Program-made: the position numbers and the translations under genes
Shown here: piece after piece, positions 54,777 through 64,000 of the stretch
How positions within the stretch are numbered: the stretch's first letter is position 1
Layout: every line of letters begins with the position of its first letter
The notes under the pieces: model-generated
Database searches by the model: none
The model's input: only the letters and a program-made list of their open reading frames with translations
Told to the model about the DNA's origin: nothing
Source: the human T2T-CHM13v2.0 reference genome, Homo sapiens
Assembly: GCA_009914755.4 (NCBI GenBank)
Contig: CP086569.2
Location: 14,304,001 to 14,368,000, forward strand
DNA length: 64,000 nucleotides
Reading direction: 5' to 3'

Positions 54777-55055
54777 GCCAGGTGCAGTGGCTCATACCTG
54801 TAATCCCAGTACTTTTGGGGGCCGAGGTGGGTGGATCACTTAAGGTCAGGGGTTCCAGACCAGCCTGGCCTATTAGCATAGGGAAACTCCATCTCTACTA
54901 AAACTACAAAAATTAGTGAGGTATGGTGGCACATACCTGTAGTTTCAGCTACTTGAGAGGCTGAGGCATGAGAATCACTTGAACCCATGAGGCGGACGCT
55001 GCAGTGAGCTGAGATAGCACTACTGCTGGGCAACAGAGTGAGACTCTGTCTGACA
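54777..55055 (+). mobile_element. Alu, full length.
   Basis: agccaggtgcagtggctcatacctgtaatcccagtacttttgggggccgaggtgggtggatcacttaaggtcagg...ctgggcaacagagtgagactctgtctgaca. Confidence 0.95.
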
Positions 55056-55069
55056 GCGTTAACATAAAA

Positions 55070-58010
55070 ACTTCCAAGATCCAGTCAAAAATCATTCACC
55101 ATATCAAAAAAAAGAAGTATACCACAATGAATGAAAAAGATGGGAGAAATGTTTGAATATATGATAAAAATTTTTAAACTGGAATAAAAGTGCTTCAAAG
55201 AACAATGAAAAAAGGAAAAATTGAAAGTCACAGTAAAGAAACAGAAGCTATAAAAGGCAAACCAATGTAAACTTTAGAACTTATAAATGAAATACTCAAA
55301 ATAAAGAGCTCAGCTCATAGCCTTGGTGGCACAATGCACACAGAAACATCATTAAACTAGAATACAGAAAGATAAAAAACTATTCAATCCAAACTAACAA
55401 GAAAAAATAAACTAAGGCAAGAGAAAGAATGGAGGCTCAGGGATTAGTAGGTTATTAACCAGAGATCTAAGTGTCATCACACTCCACAAGGAATGAAGAA
55501 AGAACCAGACGTAAATGTACTTAAAAGATAGGTATGAAATTTATCCAAATGTGAGTGAAAAAGAGATGTGGATGCTAGCCACAACAAAGCCCCTACATCC
55601 TTCAAGGGTCCTCAGACTAACGGGACTTCCTGGAGATCAAGCAAAGGCATTGCTCCAGAGAGAGAGGTCACTTTCGGACCAGTGCACTGCTAGAGCACTA
55701 AGCAATGGCAAGTAGCTAAAACAATTGTGAAGAGCAATAAACTCCGATGACTCACACTTCCCAGTATCAAAACTTCCTACAAAGCTATTATAATCAAAAC
55801 AGTACAGCTAACATAAGGATAGAAATAGAGACCAATGGTAGAATAGAGCTGAGAACCTGAAAATAATCTTTACATATATGATCAATTGATTTTTTCACAG
55901 AATGCCTAGTTCACTCTTGAAAGGGCAGTTCAATTTTCTCATGCAAAAGAATGAGGCTGGTCCCCCAACTCACATAATATACTAAATGTAATTAATTCTT
56001 TATTAAATATAAGAAGTAAAACCAAAGAAATCTGAAAGAAAATATAAAGATTCTTCATGTTCATGAACACAGCAACAGAGAGGACACCAAAAGCATGAGC
56101 AACTAAAGATGAACTGAACTTGATCTAAATTAGAAACTTCTGTGCAAAGCACATTGTTAATAAAATGAAACAAAAACCTATACGATGGGGGAAAATATTT
56201 GCAAATCATATGTTTAATCAAACTTTATTTTCGAGAATATACAAAAAACTCCTAAAACTCAGTAACAAAAAGACAAGTAGCTCAACTAAAAAAATACATA
56301 AAGAATCCGAACAGATATTTCTCCAAAGATACATAAATGGCCTATGAACACCTGAAAAGATACTCAACATTGTTAGTCATTAGGGAAATAATGCAAATCA
56401 AAACCTCTATGAGACTATCACTTCACACTGTAATAGTTACAATGGGAGGTGTGGGGAAATAGTAAAAAACAAGTGTTGGCAAAAAACTGGAAGTCTCCTC
56501 CTTCAATGGCAAGATAGTAATAATGGGTACAGCATCTGTGGAAAACAGGTTTTCTTAAAAAAAATTACTGCTTTTTCAGTAATAAAAATAGCAATTTCAC
56601 TCCCAGCTAACTTGTCAGAAGAATTGAACGCCGGGTGCAGTGGCTCATGCCTGTAATCCCAACACTTTGGGAGGCCGAGGCGGCTGGATCACCTGAGGTC
56701 AGGAGTTCGAGACCAGCCTGGCCAACATGGCGAAACCCTGTCTCTACCAAAAAAAAAAAAAAAATAGAAAAATAAAATAAAAAAAGGCAAAAATTGGCTG
56801 GGTGTGCTGGCACGTGCCCATAATCCCAGCTACTCAGGAGGCTGAGGCAAGAGAATTGCTTGAACCTGGGAGGCAAAGGCTGCTGTGAGCCAAGATCACG
56901 TCACTGCACTCCAGCCTAGGTAACAACTACAACAACAACAAAAAACAACTAAAAGTGGGACTCAAACAGATGTCTGTATACTAATTTTCATAGCATATTC
57001 CCAACAGCCAAAAGATAGGAAAAAAAACCAAAGCATTCATCCAAGATGAACAGTAAACTGTGGCATACACATACAATAAAATATTATTCAGTAATAAAAA
57101 GGAACATAGTAGTAATACATGCTGCAATATAAATGAACCCTGAAAACATTTTGCTGAGTAAAAACAGCTGACATATACAATATGATATCATTTATATATC
57201 AATAACAGGCAATCCACAGAGACAGAAGATAGGCTAGTGACTGCAAGGACCTAACTGAAGAAAGGAAGAAAGAGGAGTGACCACTAAAATAACATTTCAA
57301 TGAAAGAAATATACACATTGTAAACTCGTTGAAGAAAATAAACAGGCAGGGCATGGTGGTTAACGCCTACAATCCTAGCACTTACGGAGGCCAAGGTGGG
57401 CAGATCACCTGAGACCAGGAGTTCGAGACTGGCCTAGACAACATGGCAAAACCCTGTCTCTACTAAAAATACAAAATTAGCCAGGCATGGTGGTAGGTGC
57501 CTATAATCTCAGCTACTCAAGAGGCTGAGGCAGGACAATCACCCGAACCCAAGTGGCCGAGGTTGCAGTGAGTCAGATCACACCACTTCATTCCAGCCTG
57601 GGCGTCAAAAGCAACACTGTCTCAGGAAAAAAAAAAAAAAAAAAAAAAGCCTTAAAAACAAATGAAATTCTAATACATATTATATGAATGACTAAATTAA
57701 ACACATGCCAGGTAAAAGAATCCAGACACAAAAGGAACAATAATGCATTATTCCACTTATAACTTACCAAGGGAAGATACGTTCATACAGATCAAGGTGT
57801 AATGCAGGCAAACAAGGGCTGAGTGTGGTGAATAGGAATTTATAGCTGAATGGCTACAGAGTTTTGTTGGTATGATTAAAGAAAAGTTTTCGAAGAGTGG
57901 TGATGGCTATGAGGTACTTACTGCTAAAGAAATTTAACACTTAAAAGTTATTTAAATGGCAAATTGTGTTATATATATTTTAACACAAAACTTTAAAAAA
58001 AATGAAAAAT
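55070..58010 (+). mobile_element. Ancient L1 (L1M-type) ORF2 C-terminal half plus 3' end, carrying two younger Alu insertions (56628-56945 and 57340-57648, both +).
   Basis: ..KKIHKESEQIFLQRYINGL.., ..IMQIKTSMRLSLHTVIVTMGGVGK*.. (L1M ORF2), and a degenerate L1M 3' tail at 57650-58010. Both Alus are full length with A-tails. Confidence 0.8.
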
Positions 58011-59037
58011 GATTTTTTCTGGAATAAGTAAAGATCTCTCCCTGGAAGAGATGGGAAAATTCAAAGATCAGAAAGACTATCCATAATCACAGACTATCAT
58101 GTGCTAAAGCATATGAACAATAAAATTTTAGAGTAAGGGTAAGAATAACAGATTTTCTAAATTATCACCAAAACACTTCCAACACGAAGGACATGAGATG
58201 CTGATTCACAAGGACACATAACAGATTAAAATAGGCCTATTCTAAAACATATCAATTTGAAACTCTGGAAAAATAGTTCTATATTCCCAGTTTTTAGAAA
58301 ATTAGTATTTTCCTAAGTCTTCAACATCCCCACAGCCTGTGACCATCTAACCCAAATGACCAGGTCCATCAATAGGATAAGGATAGTCCCTGCCAAGTTG
58401 ACCTTCTTGCCTTTCCCTGATTATGATCTAGAAAAATCCAAAGACATCAGTAAAATTCTCTCTAGACTTTTGCTTGAGTATTCTGTCCTGACCCCTAATA
58501 GAGGAGTTCCACTTTCTCTCAGCTCCTGATGTGCTGGGTGAGGCCATTCTCTGGGAGTTCCACCTAGATGACCCCTTGTGTGGGGTGTCAGGCCTCCTTC
58601 TTCTAGAACCTGTGAGTATAACAAATCCTTTAATCTCATTTGCCTCATCAAGTATAATCTCCACAGCCATATTGGAATGAGCCTTAGTGACCCCAAAAAG
58701 ACCACTTACTCCTCTATTTACAACATAAGGACAAAGACTTCCAGGGGTAGGGCACTAAGCAACAGGTCACATGAAAAAAATTGTTATTAAGGAGCTTCAG
58801 ACTCCATACCAGCAATTCTAGGACCAAGAAAATGGAAAACTACTTCCAAAATTATATTTTTAAAAAACTATTTCCATCCTAGATTTAAATATTTATACTA
58901 TTAATTTACAGTTGCAAGGGTAAAAGAAAGATATTTCACACAAACATATATGTGAAGTCTCAAAACAACATTATATCTCATGAATCTTTCCTTAAGAAGC
59001 TACTAAAGAATGTGCTCATCTAGAAAATACTATACAC

Positions 59038-59335
59038 TGGCTGGGCATGGAGGCTCACACCTATAATCCCAGCACTCTGAGAACAAGGCAGGTATGGATT
59101 ACTCAAGTTCAAGAGTTCAAAGCCAGCCTCAGGTAATGAAACTGTTTCTTGAAAAAAAACACAAAAATTAGCCAGCCATGGTGACTTGCACCTGTAGTTC
59201 CAGCTACCTGGGCAGCTGAAGTGGAAAAATGGCTTCAGCCACAAAGATGGAGGTTGCAGTGAGTCAACACTGAGCCAGTGCACCCCCACCTGGACGACAG
59301 AGCAAGAATCTGTCTCTAAAAATAATGAAAAACAA
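59038..59335 (+). mobile_element. Alu (old, J-like, diverged).
   Basis: ggctgggcatggaggctcacacctataatcccagcactctgagaacaaggcaggtatggattactcaagttcaagagttcaaagccagcc... Confidence 0.9.
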
Positions 59336-60850
59336 TTATATACCAACAAAAAAGATACGTGATAAAGAAAACAGCAGTACCAGAACAAAGAAAAAAGGTT
59401 CAAAAATGGCATCTATGTCCCAGATAGAATTTAGGAATACCATGACTCAGGACATATGCATACTGATGTCTACCAACATCTGCTGTTCCTGTATTTCTTT
59501 ATCTGAAAAATGTCCAGTTAAACTTGGTTTTGATTATTATATGTGCAAACCTATTTTTTTAAACCACCTCTACTATCCTTTTCACACACTATAAACTAGA
59601 TGACTAGAAGGCCATCTCACTCCCCTTAGAAGTGTTCTAACATGACCATCATTTGAATTGTCCACTCTCTCCCTCATCTTATTTCCTCACAAATTTCTAG
59701 TACCTGGAACATATAAGAGCCTAGTCAGAAACACTAATTGTAAGAAGTATGTTGTCCTAAAGTCTGTTTCTAAAAATCAGTTTTATTTATGCTGGGGTAT
59801 TCAGTTTTTCAAAACTAAACAATATCCAATTATTTATAAGTTGTTGAAGAAAACAACAAAATTTCAAGGAATCTATAAAATCTACTCCTAGAACTAGCAT
59901 GAATTTAGTAAGCTCTTATGATACAAAGTCAATTTTAAAACTCAACTATTATTTCTTATATAGTACTAACAATAAACAACTATATATAAAAATTTAGCAC
60001 CAAAATTTTAAATATTTAGATCTTAGTATAAGAATATATTTAATAAGACATGCAGGATCTGTATGTTGAAACTGTCAAAACAAGAAATTAAAGCACAAAA
60101 CAATTGAAAAGTTATTTCATTTACATGAATTAAAAGAATTACTATAGATAAGATGAACATCCTTCCTAAAATAATTAATAAACTCAACAAAATCCAAATG
60201 AACCCCCAAGAACTGGCTTGTCTATACCTGTAAAAAAGTACTCCCTTGAGTGCAGGCTATTGATAGTGACTTTCTTCCAGACAATATGATATGCAAAGAA
60301 GCAAAAACAGTAACTTCACAGTGGAGAAACCTAACAAACATGCCTCAGCCAGTGAATAACATTAACATTGCTAAGTCATGTTGACAGTATATGTCTCTGA
60401 TATGATGTGATAAAAATGCACTTTATTTTTGTAATTTTCCCCCTAAAAAAATGATAATCCTAATTTAATCATGAGAAATACAACACATGATCCCTGTTCA
60501 GGGACATGCTACAAAATACCTGACCAATACTCCTGAGTACTATTAACATCATCAAAAATAAGGAAAGCCTGAGAAAGTGGCAACAGACAAGATCATAAGG
60601 AGACATGACAACTAAATGAAATGAGCTATCCTAGTCGGAACTCTGAAAGAGAAAAAGGACAATAGGGAAAAACTCTTAAGAAGAATTTGAATAGAGACTT
60701 TAGTTAATGTATCAATACTGCTTCATAATACTGTGACAGATCTATCATCCTAGTGGAAGAGGCTAAGAGGGAAACGGAGTATACATAGAAACTCTCTAAT
60801 AACTTGTAAAATGTAGTATACACTTGACCATGTCTATAAAAAGTAAAAAC

Positions 60851-61864
60851 ATTATTGGACATTTAGGTTGGTTCCAGGTCTTTGCTATTGTGAATAGTGC
60901 CGATATAAACATATGTGTGCATGTGTCTTTATAGCAGCATGATTTATAATCCTTTGGGTATATACCCAGTAATGGGATGGCTGGGTCAAATGGTATTTCT
61001 AGTTCTAGATCCCTGAGGAATCGCCACACTGACTTCCACAATGGTTGAACTAGTTTACAGTCCCACCAACAGTGTAAAAGTGTTCCTATTTCTCCCCATC
61101 CTCTCCAGCACCTGTTGTTTCCTGACTTTTTAATGATCGCCATTCTAACTGGTGTGAGATGGTATCTCATTGTGGTTTTGATTTGCATTTCTCTGATGGC
61201 CAGTGATGATGAGCATTTTTTCATGCATTTTTTGGCTGCATAAATGTCTTCTTTTGAGAAGTGTCTGTTCACGTCCTTTGCCCACTTTTTGATGGGGTTG
61301 TTTGTTTTTTTCTTGTAAATTTGTTTGAGTTCATTGTAGATTCTGGATATTAGCCCTTTGTCAGATGAGTAGTTTGCAAAAATTTTCTCCCATTCTGTAG
61401 GTGGCCTGTTCATTCTGATGGTAGTTTCTTTTGCTGTGCAGAAGCTCTTTAGTTCAAATGTCCAACAAGGATAGACTGGATTAAGAAAATGTGGCACATA
61501 CGCACCATGGAATACTATGCAGCCATAAAAAATGATGAGTTCATGTCCTTTGTAGGGACATGGATGAAGCTGGAAACCATCATTCTCAGCAAACTATCGC
61601 AAGGACAAAAAACCAAACATCGCATATTCTCACTCATAGGTGGGAATTGAACCATGAGAACACATGGACACAGGAAGGGGAACATCACACTCTGGGGACT
61701 GTTGTGGGGTGGGGGTAGGGATAGCATTAGGAGATATACCTAATGCTAAATGACGAGTTAAGTGATGCAGCACATCAACATGGCACACGTATACATATGT
61801 AACAAACCTGCATGTTGTGCACATGTACCCTAAAACTTAAAGTATAATAATAATAAAATTTAAA
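60851..61864 (+). mobile_element. L1PA 3' end with 5' inversion (twin-priming structure). The inverted segment runs 60851-61456 (L1 antisense); the direct segment runs 61462-61864 with an A-tail. It is flanked by 13 bp TSDs aaaaagtaaaaac at 60838-60850 and 61865-61877.
   Basis: The 233-aa minus ORF (60796-61497) is L1 ORF2 (..[42 protein letters not shown]...[11 protein letters not shown]). The plus-strand segment resumes at the same L1 position (caaatgtccaacaaggatagactggattaagaaaatgtggc...) and runs through the 3' UTR to ..taaaacttaaagtataataataataaaatttaaaaaaaa. Confidence 0.9.
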
Positions 61865-62652
61865 AAAAAGTAAAAACGTTACAATCATTCTGTCAACCAT
61901 TGTCCTAGATAAAGGCATTAGGAGAGTACTAGGTCAGCCTCCATTTGCAACCTATAAAGTTTAAAATTCATATTCAGAATTTATGAGGAATTTATTTACC
62001 TCTTATACATGTACACCTAATGTACTTAAGCTTACCTGTTATATTTTCAGCCATTTAAGCAAGTTCTCAAGAATCAGTCTATTACATCAGTCCCTGGGAT
62101 CTTATCATTTAAAAAATCTTAACATTTTATGTCTTCTAAATAGGTTATTAAAATTAATAACTATTACCAATCTCCTTCATTATAGTTTCTCTGTCGAATT
62201 TACCTTATCCAAAGCATTGTCCTTATTTTTAATAGGTAAGTCAAGTACTGACCTATGGATAAAATTCCTAATCCTACTATAACCAGACTTTTCTGAAGTC
62301 TTAAACACAGGATGGGGCAAGAGTGTGAGGATCATTTATTTTGATTTCTTTATACTACACCATGTCTGTTTCATAATAATTGCAGTAATCGTCTGACTGA
62401 TTTTTCTCTTGGTAAACCAAAATTCACGCACTCTTTATTATGTGCTTCTTGGGTCCTCAGTGGCTGAAGTTGTCCTTGTTCATCCCACTATGAAACCTTT
62501 TAATATTATTATAGGCAAGATCATTGTTTTCCTTTACCACTTACAAAAATGGTTTAACAACCATTTCAACATCAACCCCTTGATGAATGCCCAAAACTTA
62601 AGTTTTATCAATCCCTGAACCCAATTTTAGTCTTAAACAGCCTTCTAATTAT

Positions 62653-62769
62653 TTTTAATATTTGTTTTGTATTTAAATCTATTCATTTTAGTCTGTTATC
62701 AGCTTAAATCCCTAATTTCTTGTATTTAAATCTATTCATTTTAGTCTGTTATAAGCTTAAATCCCTAAT
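62653..62769. repeat. Tandem duplication of a ~58 bp unit (ttgtatttaaatctattcattttagtctgttat(c/a)agcttaaatccctaatttc).
   Basis: Two adjacent near-identical copies are directly visible. Confidence 0.9.
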
Positions 62770-63099
62770 TTCCTTAAAAGTATTCCTAAGTACCTGAAAT
62801 TCACTGTTTCATTAAAGCCAGAGAACATAAAACTCATTTGTTAATCACAGATTAAATACACAAACATACTTCTTAAAAGTATTAAAATGACTGCCAAGAA
62901 CCAACAATATATTTATATAAAGAAAAAAATTCAAGAGCAAATAATGAAAGTTAACTATTAAAAAAACACTTCAGAGTTCTATAACCCCTACCATATTTTT
63001 ATCTTTAACATAATAGAAATACAAGGAGAAAAAGAAGTGGAAAAGGTGCCATGTCATTTTTTCTTTAACCTCATGACCTTGCTTCACTTCTTTTAAATA

Positions 63100-63405
63100 A
63101 AAAAATGGGGTCGGGCACATTGGCTCACACCTGTAATCCCAACACTTCGGGAGGTCAGGATGGCAGACTGCTTGATCTCGGAAGTTCAAGACCAGTGTGG
63201 GCAATATGGCAAAACCCCATCTCCACAAAGAATACAAAAAATATCCTGGCATGGTGGCGCACGCCTGTAGCCCCAGCTACTCAGATGGCTGATGTGGGAG
63301 GACTGCTTGAGCTGGGGAAGCGGAGATAGCAGTTAGCCATTATTGTGCCACCACACTCCAGACTGGACGACAGAGCCAAACCTTGTCTCAAGAAGAAAAA
63401 AAAAT
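63100..63405 (+). mobile_element. Alu, full length, diverged.
   Basis: ggtcgggcacattggctcacacctgtaatcccaacacttcgggaggtcaggatggcagactgcttgatctcggaagttcaagaccag...ccagactggacgacagagccaaaccttgtctcaagaagaaaaaaaaa. Confidence 0.9.
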
Positions 63406-63829
63406 GAGGGTGAGGGGTGTAAAGAGATGTTGGTCAAAGGAAACAAAATTTTAGTAAGATAGCATAAGTTCAAGGGATCTACTATAAAACATAGTAACTA
63501 TATTCATATTATATATCTTGAAAATTGCAGAGAGTAAATTTTAAATGTTCTTAACACCAAAATAAATAGAAATTTGTGAAGTAATGCAAATGTTAGTTTC
63601 TACAATGTACACATATTTCAAAACGAGATGTTGTACACGAGAAAGATACATAATTTTTATGTCATTTTACAAATAATTTTTTAAAGGGGAAATACAAACT
63701 TTACAAAAGGTCCTGACTACTGTATACATACTAGAACAAAAAAATTTATGACAACTTCTCCCATTTTTATGAGTTTTAAGGATTTGTAAGAATTTTCTTA
63801 GAAATGAAAACAGAAGCAATTGTCAAAGA

Positions 63830-63990
63830 ACAAAAAAGAAGGAAGGAAAGGAAGAAAGAGAAGGAAGGAGAGAAAGGAAAGAGAAGGAAAAGAAGGGAAA
63901 TGAGGGAAGGAGGGTGGAAAGGAGGGAGGGAGCGAAAGAAGGAGGGGAAAGGACAGGGTGGGGGGCGCGGGAAGGAGAGTGGAAGAGAAA
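63830..63990. repeat. Polypurine (GA/GGAA-rich) low-complexity tract, ~160 bp, on the plus strand.
   Basis: aagaaggaaggaaaggaagaaagagaaggaaggagagaaaggaaagagaaggaaaagaagggaaatgagggaaggagggtggaaaggagggagggagcgaaagaagg... The run is almost entirely A/G. Confidence 0.95.
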
Positions 63991-64000
63991 TTAGTAATAT

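Noticed and set aside
60796-61497. 233-aa ORF on the minus strand.
   Set aside because: It is the C-terminal part of L1 ORF2 in the inverted segment of a truncated L1. The M start is fortuitous. It is not a host gene.

Overview
Primate (almost certainly human) nuclear DNA. It is AT-rich and dominated by interspersed repeats, so no prokaryotic-style features (operons, CRISPR, rRNA, tRNA) are present. The only host protein-coding content I can support is three short minus-strand exons: 51706-51755, 17440-17498 and 13698-13818. They encode consecutive N-terminal TPR-region peptides of the KDM6A/UTY histone-demethylase family: ...ALSAYQRYYSLQADYWK | [20 protein letters not shown] | [40 protein letters not shown]. 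All three have canonical AG/GT splice sites. From memory of the two protein sequences, the four residues that differ from X-linked KDM6A favour the Y-linked paralog UTY. Everything else is intronic: a 34 kb intron and a 3.6 kb intron, plus flanking intron sequence. The large intron carries an ~8.5 kb class I (gammaretrovirus-like) HERV provirus at 37870-46326. The provirus has two ~505 bp LTRs with about 7% mutual divergence by eye, a PBS, a PPT and decayed gag-pol-env, and it is inserted antisense to the gene into the ORF2 endonuclease region of an older near-full-length L1. The window also holds about 20 Alu elements, many L1 fragments from L1M to L1PA age, a MaLR LTR, a Tigger-like DNA transposon remnant and several micro/minisatellites. 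One L1PA 3' end (60851-61864) has a 5' inversion with clean 13 bp target-site duplications (TSDs). Another L1PA fragment has 9 bp TSDs. I see no evidence of a novel biological system. The interesting items are structural: nested insertions, an inverted L1, unclassified polyadenylated retro-fragments, a 7SL-like monomer, a compound tetranucleotide STR and an LTR-like GC-rich island. The long ORFs in the six-frame track (251, 233, 174, 150 aa) all lie in repeats and are rejected as genes.
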